Source of the DNA: an uncultured Desulfatitalea sp.
GTDB taxonomy: Bacteria; Desulfobacterota; Desulfobacteria; Desulfobacterales; Desulfosarcinaceae
Assembly (NCBI GenBank): GCA_963668675.2
Contig: CAXXMB010000002.1
Coordinates: 3,072,001 to 3,136,000 of the forward strand
Direction of reading: 5' to 3'
Length of the DNA stretch: 64,000 bases
Under the pieces are notes generated by a model, which was given only the letters and a program-made list of their open reading frames with translations, had not been told where the DNA came from and ran no database searches. Shown piece by piece: positions 28,587 to 39,597 of this stretch; position 1 is the stretch's first letter; every line of letters begins with the position of its first letter. Both the position numbers and the translations under genes were made by a program.

Positions 28587-29705
28587 TTACGCAGCGCTTA
28601 CCATCGATCCGTCGGTTCTGCTTCGCTGCGGTTGTTTTTCCCTCAGAATATACCCCTTTTTGGCCATATGCAAAGTCAATAATGCATCCATTCCATTAAA
28701 TAAGAGCAACACGATCACGCCGACTGCACCACCACCGGCCTCATCGCCGAGCATCATGGAGAGGGCCAGGAGCCATATGATCACGCCGCCGAGCACTTCG
28801 AAGCTGCCGATGACGCGATGCCCCAGATAGATGTCTCCCCAGCCGGGTAATAAGAGCGAACGCAAGGCTGCGCTCTTGGGGGGCTTGAACGGCGCCTGGC
28901 AGTGGGGGCAGGCGTTGAGCTTGGCGGGCAGTGGCACGAAACAGGACGGACACAGGTTGTCCTGCAACTTTTCGGAGGGGGCGCCCACGTGCCCGGTGCT
29001 GATTCGATCGGAGATCCACAGTTTCATCTCTTTGGCCAGCGCTCGCTTTAACCCGGTGAAGATACGCTGCCTGCCCTGTTTGCGTTTTAGAATGAGGCCG
29101 GTGCCGAAAAGGCCTCTGGAGACCTTTTTGATATCGCCATATGGAAATTGGAACAGGTAGTTAGCCGGTTTGGTGAGCCGATAGTTGGTATTGACGGCCA
29201 GCAGTCGTCGGTCGGTGGCCACTAACACATAGCGGTTGTAGAGCATGGTCAGCACCCCATTGCCCAAAAGGATCTCCAGGGGGTAATAGCCCAATCCGGT
29301 GGCGATGCCCGTCACCTGTTCGCCCTCGTCGAGAAGCCGGTCGACCACGGGTTTGACCAGATCCAGAAGTTTGACTTTGAGTTTGTTCAGACGGGTATTG
29401 TAACTCGATCTCTTGTTCGGTTTGAAAACTTGGTCGATTTGGTACACGCCGGTATCGTATGAGGCGAGTTGGGGGTAGGGTTCAAGGATCTCACTGGCAA
29501 TCGATTTTGGCCGCAGACCGTTGTCGCCTCTTTTCGCCTGGCGTTGGAGGGGGGGCTTGTCTGCCCTTGTTTTTGCCGACGCGGCAGGTGGGGCTATCGG
29601 AATGCGGTATTCGCACCGTTTGCACTTCAACACCGCCTTCTGTGCTGGAACGCGGTGGTCCGGAATTTCATATGTGGCATTGCATTGCGGGCAGATCAGG
29701 TCCAT
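28587..29705 (-). CDS. MJ0042-type zinc-ribbon membrane protein
   Basis: CPQC...KCKRC at N-terminus, second CPSC/CPHC ribbon, C-terminal TM (LLLPGWG). Confidence 0.75.
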   Translation of the reverse strand: MDLICPQCNATYEIPDHRVPAQKAVLKCKRCEYRIPIAPPAASAKTRADKPPLQRQAKRGDNGLRPKSIASEILEPYPQLASYDTGVYQIDQVFKPNKRSSYNTRLNKLKVKLLDLVKPVVDRLLDEGEQVTGIATGLGYYPLEILLGNGVLTMLYNRYVLVATDRRLLAVNTNYRLTKPANYLFQFPYGDIKKVSRGLFGTGLILKRKQGRQRIFTGLKRALAKEMKLWISDRISTGHVGAPSEKLQDNLCPSCFVPLPAKLNACPHCQAPFKPPKSAALRSLLLPGWGDIYLGHRVIGSFEVLGGVIIWLLALSMMLGDEAGGGAVGVIVLLLFNGMDALLTLHMAKKGYILREKQPQRSRTDGSMVSAA

Positions 29706-29979
29706 GATCTTTTCCTTTTCGCGGTTAACGTGAAAGCGCTTAGGGCATATCTTGCCCACAGCGCAATCAAATTGTTGCAGCAAGAATCCTGCCACCGTCT
29801 ATACCTATGGATATAACTAAAATACAGTATGTTAAAATTCAGCCTCTGTATGTGATCCCGGCCTGGGTGACAAAAATGGTCCATTAGACGGCTTTTGGCG
29901 GCAGTTTTCATGCTATGGGGTTGATCTCCGGCGAACCCGCATTTATAATCCGTCCTCTTCGCTTTAGGATTCCAAAACC

Positions 29980-30240
29980 ATGAGGGGGACATTTTTGCGC
30001 AAAAGACCACTTACGCCCGGATATGTTTTTTTCTACCTTCTTTTTCTGCCCGATACCTGGCAGATTGTTATTGCCGTTGCCGCCGCGCTCGTGGTGGCGC
30101 CTCACCTCTTGAGGCCAGACATGGGACCCGCTGGGATGGCCATCGTTCACGTCATGATCGCCGGTATCGTCTATGTGATCAGCGCACCCGTCGGACGGCG
30201 GATCTCTCAATATCTGCAGAAATTTATTCTGAAGAAATGA
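29980..30240 (+). CDS. Small hypothetical membrane protein
   Basis: 86-aa hydrophobic ORF. Confidence 0.6.
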   Translation: MRGTFLRKRPLTPGYVFFYLLFLPDTWQIVIAVAAALVVAPHLLRPDMGPAGMAIVHVMIAGIVYVISAPVGRRISQYLQKFILKK

Positions 30241-30471
30241 AACCTCGAGTAAGGGATTGTCGAAGGCGAAATCGGCGATCGATAGAACGAACGCTCGTTA
30301 TTATTCGTTGACGCTCATACCCCAACCTGGTATTTTCTTCCTTACTGAACGAAGTTCATTAGATAACCTTGAAGATGGTTTAAATCCTTCATTTGAAAAG
30401 GGGCCGGCCTATCTGCTCCATACGCTTGCCCCGGTAGACCCGCAGCTCCTCTAAAAGGGGCGGCCTGATCC

Positions 30472-32670
30472 TTGAAAGGCAGAGATTTGGAACCTTCAGA
30501 ACTGATCAACCGTTGTCGCGAAGAGAAGAGGCTGTCTCTGAATGAGGCGGAATCAAAAAAAATTTTGGGCCATTACGGGCTTCCTGTGGTTAAGGAGATG
30601 GTGGCCACCTCCGAAAAGGAAGCCCTCAGTATGGCAGAAACAATAGGCTATCCAGTGGTTCTCAAAGGGCTTGGCAGCAAACTGACCCATAAGACCGAAT
30701 TGGGGTTGGTCAAAATCGACCTCCACACGCCGGACCTGGTTCGGTCCGCCTTCAGTGACATCAAGGTTGCCGGCGCAGACGCATGGGAGGGGTGCCTGCT
30801 GCAGCCGATGGTATCGGGACGGCGCGAATTTGTCGCAGGTTTGACCCGCGATGGCCAATTCGGGCCGGTGGTGATGTTCGGCCTGGGAGGCATCTATACC
30901 GAGGCCATCGGAGATGTGGTCTTTCGAATAGCCCCCATCGACAAGCGCCAGGCCCTGAATATGATGGAGGAGCTCTCGACCCGGTCGCTTTTAGGTCCGT
31001 TCCGGGGCGATGCGGCGGCCAATAGGGAGGCACTGGCCGATGTCCTGGCGGGCTTGTCCAGTCTGGGCATGGAGCATCCCGATATCAAAGAGGTGGATAT
31101 CAACCCCCTGATTGTCTCCGCTGACGGCGGCGTGACGGCGGTGGATGCGCTGGTGGTGCTCAACGATCCGGAGGATGAAACCCTTCTGCCTGCTCTGGAT
31201 TCCGAGGAGGAGCAGGCGCGTACAGCCCGTCTGAATGCCGCCCTCGAGGTGATGACCCACCCCAAATCCATTGCCGTGGTCGGAGTGGCGCGCACCCAGG
31301 TGGGTGGGTTTCCCGGGATTTTCCGCTGCATACGCAACTTCGGTTTCAAGGGCAATCTCTATCCGATCAACCCCAAGGCGGATGAGATCGACGGGATCAA
31401 GGCCTATCCCACATTGACCGCCCTTCCGGAACCCGCCGACCTGGTGGTGCTCTCCGTGCCGGGTCCGGCCGTGCCGGCGGCGCTGAAGGATTGCATTGCA
31501 GCGGGCTGTAAGAATGTCCATGCCTTCACCTCCGGCTTCAAAGAGACTGGCGAGCCCGAAGGCATCCGTCTGCAGGCGGAGGTCAAACAGATCATCGAAG
31601 AGGGTGGGTTGAACTTCATCGGTCCCAATTGCATGGGGATCTATGTTCCCGCTTCCCGCGTGCTCACCTGGGTGGCGGCACCCGACCGGAGCGGCCCGGT
31701 GGCCATGGTGAGTCAAAGCGGCGGCAATGCCCAGGATTTTTCAAACTATGCGGCCACGACCTATGGCCTCTACTTCAGCAAGGTGTTCAGCTACGGCAAT
31801 GCCGTCACCATGGACAGCACCGATTTCCTGGCCTACCTGGCCGGGGACGACGAGACTCGCATCGTCACCATGTATCTGGAGGGGGTCAAGAACGGTACCA
31901 AGCTGCTGGAACTGGTGACCGACATCAACCGCACCAAACCGGTGGTGATTCTCAAGGGCGGCGTCACCGAATCGGGTGCCCGGACGGTCGCCTCGCATAC
32001 CGGTTCGATGGCCGGCGGTGTGAAGATCTGGCAGGCCTTTTTCCATCAGACCGGTGCCATTCAGGTCGATTCGCTGGAAGAGATGGCCGATGTGACCCTG
32101 GCGTTGCACCACCTGCCCCCCTGCCGCGGGCGTGGATTGGCCATCCTGGGGAACGGAGGGGGAATCGGTGTTGCGGCTGCCGACAGCTGTGCTAAAGCGG
32201 GGTTGGATATGCCGGTCCTTACGCCTGAGGTTATGTCCCAGCTGCGGGAGATCATCCCGCCGGCCGGCAACATGATCCGCAATCCCATCGATGCGATTCT
32301 CATATTGGCCGATCTCGATCTGCTGGGGCGGACGCTCGAACTTCTCTCGGCCCAATCCTATATCGACATGTTCGCTATTTCACTGCACATGGATTGGCTT
32401 TTCGGTATGGAGCAGGGGGGGCATATCATGCGCATCGGGCAATATATCGCCAATGAGGCGCGCAAGCATCTCAACGGCAAGCCGTTGGCCGTTGTGTGGC
32501 GCCAGTATCAGCCTAATCCGGCGACCAAAAAGGTGCGAGTAAAGTTGGAGAAAACCCTGTTAGATGCCGGGGTGCCCGTTTTCCAGGGCCTGGACCGGGC
32601 GGTTTCGGCCATGTCCAAGGCGGCGGGTTACCATCTCTTTCAAGCTGACGGCCGGAACACCACCGGTTAG
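30472..32670 (+). CDS. Acetate/acyl-CoA ligase (ADP-forming) family, ATP-grasp domain first
   Basis: HKTELGLV, FGPVVMFGLGG, DINPL; CoA-binding domain, GPNCMG, SQSGG, SHTGS. Confidence 0.9.
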   Translation: MKGRDLEPSELINRCREEKRLSLNEAESKKILGHYGLPVVKEMVATSEKEALSMAETIGYPVVLKGLGSKLTHKTELGLVKIDLHTPDLVRSAFSDIKVAGADAWEGCLLQPMVSGRREFVAGLTRDGQFGPVVMFGLGGIYTEAIGDVVFRIAPIDKRQALNMMEELSTRSLLGPFRGDAAANREALADVLAGLSSLGMEHPDIKEVDINPLIVSADGGVTAVDALVVLNDPEDETLLPALDSEEEQARTARLNAALEVMTHPKSIAVVGVARTQVGGFPGIFRCIRNFGFKGNLYPINPKADEIDGIKAYPTLTALPEPADLVVLSVPGPAVPAALKDCIAAGCKNVHAFTSGFKETGEPEGIRLQAEVKQIIEEGGLNFIGPNCMGIYVPASRVLTWVAAPDRSGPVAMVSQSGGNAQDFSNYAATTYGLYFSKVFSYGNAVTMDSTDFLAYLAGDDETRIVTMYLEGVKNGTKLLELVTDINRTKPVVILKGGVTESGARTVASHTGSMAGGVKIWQAFFHQTGAIQVDSLEEMADVTLALHHLPPCRGRGLAILGNGGGIGVAAADSCAKAGLDMPVLTPEVMSQLREIIPPAGNMIRNPIDAILILADLDLLGRTLELLSAQSYIDMFAISLHMDWLFGMEQGGHIMRIGQYIANEARKHLNGKPLAVVWRQYQPNPATKKVRVKLEKTLLDAGVPVFQGLDRAVSAMSKAAGYHLFQADGRNTTG

Positions 32671-32999
32671 AACCACCCGGCGCTCAGCACGGCCCGCCAA
32701 CCCCAGAAGCAGGCCATGCCACCGACGATGGTCAGTAGCAGATGCCTGCTGAACCAGGCGATGGCGAACGTCAGACAGGCGCCGACGAGGTACGGATTGG
32801 AGAGGGAGATCTGCAGATGCCCGCCATCAGGCATCAGTGCAAAGGGGGCGATGATTGCGGTCAAAACCGCCGCCGGCACATACCCCAATGCCCGTTGGGT
32901 GCTGTCTGAAAACTGAAATCGCCCCGAAAGCGGCAGCAGCGTGTACCGGATGAGAAAGGTGACCAGGGCCATGCCGCCGACCAGGTAAACGGTTTTCAC
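32667..32999 (-). CDS. azlD: AzlD branched-chain amino acid exporter small subunit
   Basis: GMALVTFLIRY, YVPAAVLTAII; follows azlC. Confidence 0.85.
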   Translation of the reverse strand: MKTVYLVGGMALVTFLIRYTLLPLSGRFQFSDSTQRALGYVPAAVLTAIIAPFALMPDGGHLQISLSNPYLVGACLTFAIAWFSRHLLLTIVGGMACFWGWRAVLSAGWF

Positions 33000-33000
33000 A

Positions 33001-33768
33001 CTACTTCTCCTCTGTCTGGAGCTCAGCCGTTTTGCCGGAGAGCCGTTCGGCCAGGACACCGGCGCCCACCCCCACAAACGATGCGATGATCAATCCCAAG
33101 CGGTGCGGCAATCCATTCAAGGCGATGGCAGTGATGCCGGCGGCCAGCATGGCGCACTGGTTGGGACGCTCCTTGAAGTAAGGGATCAGCATGCCGATAA
33201 AGGCGGCCAGCATGGCGAAATCGAGTCCCCACCCGCCAATGTCCTGGAGCAGACGTCCCGCCATCAAACCGATGAAGGTGCACAAGTTCCAATTGGTGTA
33301 CATGAAGAGCATCGACCCCAACTGATACCAGTGGCGATTGGGAGGGGCATCGGCCTGCTGCCATCTTCCCACCGAAACGACGAAAGTTTCATCGGTCAAA
33401 CCGAAGGCCAGTACTGCCTGCCATCGTGCCGGCAGACGCCGGAGGTGGGGCAGCAGGGTGGCTGTATAGAGAAGGTGACGGAAGTTGACCACCAGAGTGG
33501 TCAGGACGATCATGGGCCAGGCGGCGCCGTTGGCCAGCATTCCCAGGGCGACGAACTGGGAGGAGCCGGCAAAGACAAACAGGGACATTCCCATGGCGCC
33601 GGCCGCCGGGAGCCCGACACCGCCTGCCAGGGTGCCGAAGATGATGCCAAACGGGATGGCGCCGATAATCAGCGGTGTCGTGTCGCGCATCCCCTCAAAA
33701 AAAGAGGTGCTCCGGCGATACTCTTTGGGTACCGGTTCGGCCTGCCGCTGCTGAATTTCCATCGTCAT
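33001..33768 (-). CDS. azlC: AzlC family exporter permease
   Basis: MSLFVFAGSSQF, NFRHLLY, LTDETF, GLDF; start uncertain. Confidence 0.9.
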   Translation of the reverse strand: MTMEIQQRQAEPVPKEYRRSTSFFEGMRDTTPLIIGAIPFGIIFGTLAGGVGLPAAGAMGMSLFVFAGSSQFVALGMLANGAAWPMIVLTTLVVNFRHLLYTATLLPHLRRLPARWQAVLAFGLTDETFVVSVGRWQQADAPPNRHWYQLGSMLFMYTNWNLCTFIGLMAGRLLQDIGGWGLDFAMLAAFIGMLIPYFKERPNQCAMLAAGITAIALNGLPHRLGLIIASFVGVGAGVLAERLSGKTAELQTEEK

Positions 33769-33860
33769 ACGGTTTTCAATGCAATAGGATGACAAGCCAT
33801 TCTGAAAACACGCTTTGTGGATTCAAAACGCTTTTCAAGATGGCTTGCCGTTCAGTCGTT

Positions 33861-34790
33861 CTACTTTGTCGCTTTCCGGCGCGGATTGTTGTCCCACACC
33901 TTGTACGGTCCGCAGTGCAGTACATACATGAATTCGACCGAATAGAGCAAGGCAATTGAGGAGTAGAAAATCCAGAGCAGAATGATGCACACCGAACTAA
34001 GCGAGCCGAACAGGACATTGAGGCGGGTGACATGCTGGATGTAGTATCCGAAGATCATGCGCGCCAGAGTCCACAGCATTGCAAAGATCATGGCGGCAGT
34101 GACCAGATGACGGCGTTTGATCGGGATGGTGAGGAAGAGCCGTGCAGTGGAGAGAAAGAAGAGGATCAGGATTAACGCCGAAACGATGTTGTTCTGATTG
34201 AAAGTGACGTAGTCGATGGCGATGGCGTAGAAGTCGTGCACATAGGGGTTTTGCTCCAGATAGCCCTGGAGGGGCTGGACGGTATCCGCGGCCAGGGTCC
34301 AGATCAGGTTGGCCATGAAGAAGAGCAGTATCGCAAAAATGCTCATGGAGGCATAGGCGATATGCCCCTTGAGAAGATGACGGCGCTCCAGGTGAAAGAT
34401 GCGCCGAAAGGACTCTTCCAGCGATTTAAACAGAAGGCCGCTGACAATGGGCAGCATCAGCAGATTGATCGTCGTGAACGAACCCAGGCCGACCGAATCG
34501 ATCAGATGGGTCTGGATCCATTGCGGCGAGACGAAGGGGATCACCTGCGTGATATCCTCAACGAGAATGGAGACCATGTCATCCGGCAAAAGACCGGGCA
34601 GGAAAAGGTCCTTGAAAAAGTTCAACAGCAGCAGGAACAGTGCCGAAAAGGGAATGATCGAGAGCAGAAAGACGAATGAGATCGAAGAGGAAACAGTCAA
34701 GCAGTCATCCCAGACAAAATTTCGTCCCGAAATGCCGAAGGCTTGAACGTAGAATTTCAACTTGTTTTTCATCAAATACATCGTTCTCAC
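33861..34790 (-). CDS. YihY/BrkB family membrane protein
   Basis: Multi-TM; FGSLSSVCIILLWIFYSS. Confidence 0.8.
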   Translation of the reverse strand: MRTMYLMKNKLKFYVQAFGISGRNFVWDDCLTVSSSISFVFLLSIIPFSALFLLLLNFFKDLFLPGLLPDDMVSILVEDITQVIPFVSPQWIQTHLIDSVGLGSFTTINLLMLPIVSGLLFKSLEESFRRIFHLERRHLLKGHIAYASMSIFAILLFFMANLIWTLAADTVQPLQGYLEQNPYVHDFYAIAIDYVTFNQNNIVSALILILFFLSTARLFLTIPIKRRHLVTAAMIFAMLWTLARMIFGYYIQHVTRLNVLFGSLSSVCIILLWIFYSSIALLYSVEFMYVLHCGPYKVWDNNPRRKATK

Positions 34791-35027
34791 CGATTATGCT
34801 GAAATATTGATAAGGGTGCCATAGGCATCGGTTATATTAAGCAAAAAGTATACCGTTTGCTGTGTTTTTGCCTTTTGATTTTTATATTGGATACAGTGAG
34901 TTATAAATTGGCGAGCGGTGCTTGAACCAGAAGGGGTAGCCTTTTGTGTCACTGTTTGCTATCCGGCATGACAAATAGCGGCAGGCACGGCTCAAGTGGT
35001 CGGTACAGGTATGGAGTGGGGCGCCCC

Positions 35028-35223
35028 GGTGAAACGGCCAGTGGGCAGGCCTGCCCCCCAAGCGACGCTGAACAATCTAACTGCTGTTAAGATGCGCTCC
35101 GGACGGTCCGCAAACTCGCTGCGCTCAGACAGTGCGGACCGTTTTTTCCTCCGCTGCATCTAAACAGCAGTAAGATTGTTCGCTAAATACGTGGGGGCAG
35201 GCCTGCCCACTGGCCGTTTCACC
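35028..35223. repeat. ~196-bp nested inverted repeat (REPIN/MITE-like)
   Basis: 31-bp perfect outer arms 35028-35058 / 35193-35223 plus two inner stems. Confidence 0.85.
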
Positions 35224-35264
35224 TCCATTGTGGGCTATTTGATGGTGTTCATGATCGACAGGGC

Positions 35265-36071
35265 TCATTTGCCCGGCGGCAGATAAGTCGTATCGATCAG
35301 GCCGGCTGCGCTTCGATCGACCCAGCCGGTTTTGCCGGTCGAATAGCGGATCTGATAGTGCTCTTTCGAATCTCTGACCACCTGCACCTTTGCACCGGCA
35401 TGCAGTACAAACAACTCCGTATCGGTCTTTTGCAAACCCGACCGGACCGAAACTTTGACGGGCAGGATGATTGCCTGTTTGAGGTGGGCCGCTTCATAGA
35501 AATTGAAGGCGGCGGTCAGGACCAAGATCAAAACCGGCACGGATGTCACAACCGCTGCGCGCCACAGTCCCCGTCGCCTGGTCAGTCGCCAGCCGGCCAA
35601 TAGAACCCAGAAGATGATGTTGCCTGTAATGGCTGCAATCGTGACGGTGCGGCGGCTGAGTTGATACTTCCAGAAGAAGAGGATGCGCATGATGGGTGTC
35701 GCGCCCTCTTCCGGGGTATCTTTGGTCAGTGAGCGGGCGTAGTTCAGGTTGAAACGCAGGTCAGGGTCGTTGGGCAACAGTCGAAGTGCGCGTTCATACC
35801 AGAGGATGGCCGGTCCCAGGTGGTCGGCCTTCAGATGGGCGTTGCCCAGATTGTAGAAGAGTTCTCCATTGGTGACGCCGTCGTCGGCGATGGCTCGCCA
35901 CTTTTTGATGGCCTCGGTGTAGCGGCCAGCCTGGTACGCTTCTATCCCGGAGATGAACTCCCGGGCAAATGGGGAGGCGTCAGATGGCGTGTAGAGGAGC
36001 AGGAGCGCAGCCGCCATCCCCAGCAGGGTCTGGGTGAATAAGGAGATGTGGCGAATCGTATGGCGACTCAT
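35265..36071 (-). CDS. batE: BatE-like TPR/SH3 protein
   Basis: TPR (YNLGNA...AILWYERAL), TM segments, LHAGAKV SH3-like end; in Bat operon. Confidence 0.75.
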   Translation of the reverse strand: MSRHTIRHISLFTQTLLGMAAALLLLYTPSDASPFAREFISGIEAYQAGRYTEAIKKWRAIADDGVTNGELFYNLGNAHLKADHLGPAILWYERALRLLPNDPDLRFNLNYARSLTKDTPEEGATPIMRILFFWKYQLSRRTVTIAAITGNIIFWVLLAGWRLTRRRGLWRAAVVTSVPVLILVLTAAFNFYEAAHLKQAIILPVKVSVRSGLQKTDTELFVLHAGAKVQVVRDSKEHYQIRYSTGKTGWVDRSAAGLIDTTYLPPGK

Positions 36072-37819
36072 GGGGCAAGCTTCCTTATCATTCGGCGTGT
36101 TTTATCGAGCAACTCTCGGCGTTCAGTATCGGCCAGATGCGCCCCACTGTAACGGCTCGATTCGATGGCGGTCAGCAACTCTGCCGCCTGCCGGGCTGTT
36201 TCGGGCTCGACGCCGTTATCTTGCAGGAGTGTTTCGGTCTCTTTCCAGGCCAGGGCTTCACCGCTGCGTCCGACCCGGGCATAGACGGCCGATGTGAGGG
36301 CTCGATAGAGTTCAGCCAGATAGCCAGATGGGTCCGCCGTGCGATCCGCCTGCGCGGATTTGAATGCCTGCCTGGCTCTGCGACGCATCGTGGCGGACGG
36401 CCTCGTGTCCGTCTGTTTCAGTCGCTGAAAAAGGGTCAACAGCCCGAACGCCGCCGCCGGCAAGACCAGCCAGAGGAGAAACATGGGCCATGTCATCGGG
36501 TGTCTGGCCACCAAGGCATCGAGGCCCTCTTTGGGGGGCAGGATGTCCCGTCCGGTAAAGGCGACCCTCTCCTTTTGGGTGCCCGGAATTTGAGGGGTGG
36601 CCACGATGGGCACGCTCTGGTCGGCCCCGGGCTGGACGGAGAGGGCGGGCATCGAGGCGGTTAGGGTGCGATAGCGCTCCTCTTCAACATCGAAATAGGT
36701 CATTTGGACCGGCGGCAGTTGTATTTTACCGGCCCGAATCGGCACCAGTGCTGTCCGGAACACCTTCTTCCCCTGATATCCTTCAACATCGAGTTGGATC
36801 TTCTCCTCTGGCGCGTCTGCGTAAGTTTTGATCCCCTCCGGAAGCGTCAGTTGCGGTGGCTGGGCATCCATGATGTTGCCCCGCCCCTGGATGGTTACGG
36901 TCATGGTGGTGCTTCCGCCCACCTTCAGTTGGGTGGTTTCGATCTCCGATGCCATCTCGAACCGACCGACCAGACCAGAGAAAGGCTCTGGTCCCTGCCA
37001 GGCGGGCAGGGGGCGCACCTGCACCTCCAGGGGTGAGCTTTGGAGCACCTTGGTCTCTACGCGGCCGCGGTTAAAAAAGGGGTCGTCAAAAAAGTCATCG
37101 AACCTTGATCGGCGCCGTTGGCGGTCCGCCCGGACAATGCCCAACTGGAGGGTGGCCGGTTCGACAGTTAGCGCGCCGGGTTTCAACGGTACCAGGACGT
37201 AGTTGATTTCGGTAACGACCACCTCCCGACCGTCTATGATTTCGCGCCGGGAGTCACGCTCTTTCACCTCGCTGGTTGAAAAACCATCGAAATCGGGTGG
37301 TTCGAGGGTGCCGTTCGTTACCCGCACGGCCTGGAAGAGGGAGAATCGGTAGGTCGTCTGCTGTCCCACATAGGGCTGGGGTTCGGAGATCGAGACGTCC
37401 ACCCACACATCCGGCGCGTCGTCCCTCTCCGTTGCAGCCCGGGCCGACACATTCACCACGATTGGTTCGGTGTGGTGGCGCTGGCCGTCGATGGTGACGG
37501 CAAGGGGGGGGATGGTCAGTTTGCCTTGGTGTTTGGGGATCAGCAGAAAGGTGTGGGTCGCTTCCCGGGAGGTCTGGTTGTTGATGATGCGCATGCTTGT
37601 GCTGGTTCCTTTGGAGAACACCTTGAAATCGGAGAGGCCGGAGATGTCCACCTCGCCGTCGCCCCCCTGCACCGTCACGCGCAGCTCCAGAGACTCACCG
37701 GGTGTCAGTGCCCTGCGATCCACATAAGCCCGAACGCTCACCTCGGAGGCCCAAGCGGGGAGGACCGACACGAGCAGGCAGCAAAGGCCGATGATCCAGA
37801 TCCCCTTTCTCATTACCAA
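36068..37819 (-). CDS. batD: BatD family protein
   Basis: Signal peptide, PYVGQQ, FSGLVGRF; operon context. Confidence 0.85.
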   Translation of the reverse strand: MVMRKGIWIIGLCCLLVSVLPAWASEVSVRAYVDRRALTPGESLELRVTVQGGDGEVDISGLSDFKVFSKGTSTSMRIINNQTSREATHTFLLIPKHQGKLTIPPLAVTIDGQRHHTEPIVVNVSARAATERDDAPDVWVDVSISEPQPYVGQQTTYRFSLFQAVRVTNGTLEPPDFDGFSTSEVKERDSRREIIDGREVVVTEINYVLVPLKPGALTVEPATLQLGIVRADRQRRRSRFDDFFDDPFFNRGRVETKVLQSSPLEVQVRPLPAWQGPEPFSGLVGRFEMASEIETTQLKVGGSTTMTVTIQGRGNIMDAQPPQLTLPEGIKTYADAPEEKIQLDVEGYQGKKVFRTALVPIRAGKIQLPPVQMTYFDVEEERYRTLTASMPALSVQPGADQSVPIVATPQIPGTQKERVAFTGRDILPPKEGLDALVARHPMTWPMFLLWLVLPAAAFGLLTLFQRLKQTDTRPSATMRRRARQAFKSAQADRTADPSGYLAELYRALTSAVYARVGRSGEALAWKETETLLQDNGVEPETARQAAELLTAIESSRYSGAHLADTERRELLDKTRRMIRKLAP

Positions 37820-39597
37820 TCCTTATCCACCGTCTGTTTTCGATAGTTCGGCATCATGGCGCGTCCGGGTTCGTCTTTCAAGCGGTTGAGCATCTGTTCG
37901 GCTGCTTGGGAGGAGGGCTGCTGGCCCTTCTTCGATGCTTCAGATGGCGCTTTACCGGCTTGGCGATCCTGCTGCTGATCCGATGCAGTGGTATCCCTCT
38001 CTTTTTCAGAACCGGTTTGGGGCTTCTGTTGCTGTTGGTTTTTTTCCGGAGGTTGCTGGCTATTTTGAGCCTGAGGCTCACTCTGACCGGGTTTGTTTTC
38101 AGGCGGCTGTTGGCCTGATTGGCTCTCCTGATCAGGTGGCTTCTTCTGTTGATCCTGGTTGTTGTCGCCATTGGGTTGAGATTGCTGCTGTTGCTTCAGT
38201 TGTTCGCGCACAAATGCCAGGTTGGCCTGGGCCTGTTCATCCTTGGGATTGATGGCCAGGGCGGCCTCGTAGTCCTTGACGGCCTCCTCCAACGCCTGGC
38301 GGCGATAGGCCGCATTGCCTAAATTGTAGAGCAGCTTCGCCTTTAGTGCTGGTGGTGCCTGGGAGAGGGCCCGGCTGTAATAGCCGTAGGCATCGTCATA
38401 TTTGCCGGTTTTGTAGTAGGTATTGCCGATATTGTAGAGTACTTCTGGGTCGTCTGGTTTCGCCACCTGACCGTCGAGGAAGTGCTTGAGGGCTGCTTCG
38501 TACGCTCCCTGTTGGTAGGCCTCATATCCCTCCTGCAACGGCCCGGCCGCCACCGGCCGGGGGGCCAGCGCGAGTAGGACCGAACAGATGAAGACCGCAG
38601 CCGCGCCCTTTTGGATACCGGGTATGGCCAGTGCCGCCAGCAGCAGGGCCAGCGCCAGGGAGAGGGGCCATTGGTAGCGATCGGCCCAGACTTGCTTGCG
38701 GCCACTCTCTATGTTGGCATCGGCCATTGCAACGCGGATCTGATCCTGGTAGATGCGGTCCAAATCCATATCGCCGGCAACCGAGCGTACATAGGTGCCG
38801 CCGGTGGTCACCGCCATGCGGGTCAACAGCGGTTCGTCGAGCCGGGTAAGGACGATCTGGTCGTCGTCTCCTTTTTGAAATCCGCCTTTTCCGGATGGTA
38901 CGGGGACCCCTTCGGTCGATCCCACTCCGATACAGAAGAGTTTGACACCGGCTTTTTTAGCCTCCCGGGCCGCCTTTTCAGGATCGTCACGGCCGGTGTT
39001 TTCGCCGTCGGTGATCAGGATGATGGCTTTTTCGGCCGGGCTTTGCGTTTCGAAAGCGCCGAGGGCCGTCTGCACGGCGGCGCTCATATCGGTGCCGCCC
39101 AACGGAAGGTAGTCGGGGGTGAGCACATTGAGGAACAGGTCGAACGCGCTGTAGTCGACGGTCAAGGGGCACTGCAGGAAAGCGGTGCCGCTGAAGGCCA
39201 CCAACCCCACACGGTCACCCCGCAGCATGCCGAGCAGGTCGATGATCTCCCGTTTGGCACGATCCAGGCGCGTGGGCTGGATGTCTTGGGCCAGCATGCT
39301 GCGCGAGCAGTCCAGGGCGACGATCAGGTCGACGCCGCGCCGTTCGACCGTTTGCCATTGAAATCCATACTGGGGGCCGGCCATGGCCACAACCAGGAGC
39401 AGGGCACTCGTGAGGATCAAGCCGGCTAGCAGGCGTCTCCGGGCCTGAATGCCTGTTGGCACCAATAGCTTCAGAGCGCGTCCGTCGGCAAATCCCTTAA
39501 GGATCGTTGCGCGCCGACGCCAGCCATAGAGATAGGCCAACAGCATCAATGGGATGAGCCAGAAAAGAAACAGCAATTCGACACGAGCAAACTTCAT
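37813..39597 (-). CDS. VWA + TPR protein (BatB/BatC-like fusion)
   Basis: DCSRSM MIDAS, ITDGE, TPRs, Q-rich linker, terminal KDW. Confidence 0.85.
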   Translation of the reverse strand: MKFARVELLFLFWLIPLMLLAYLYGWRRRATILKGFADGRALKLLVPTGIQARRRLLAGLILTSALLLVVAMAGPQYGFQWQTVERRGVDLIVALDCSRSMLAQDIQPTRLDRAKREIIDLLGMLRGDRVGLVAFSGTAFLQCPLTVDYSAFDLFLNVLTPDYLPLGGTDMSAAVQTALGAFETQSPAEKAIILITDGENTGRDDPEKAAREAKKAGVKLFCIGVGSTEGVPVPSGKGGFQKGDDDQIVLTRLDEPLLTRMAVTTGGTYVRSVAGDMDLDRIYQDQIRVAMADANIESGRKQVWADRYQWPLSLALALLLAALAIPGIQKGAAAVFICSVLLALAPRPVAAGPLQEGYEAYQQGAYEAALKHFLDGQVAKPDDPEVLYNIGNTYYKTGKYDDAYGYYSRALSQAPPALKAKLLYNLGNAAYRRQALEEAVKDYEAALAINPKDEQAQANLAFVREQLKQQQQSQPNGDNNQDQQKKPPDQESQSGQQPPENKPGQSEPQAQNSQQPPEKNQQQQKPQTGSEKERDTTASDQQQDRQAGKAPSEASKKGQQPSSQAAEQMLNRLKDEPGRAMMPNYRKQTVDKDW

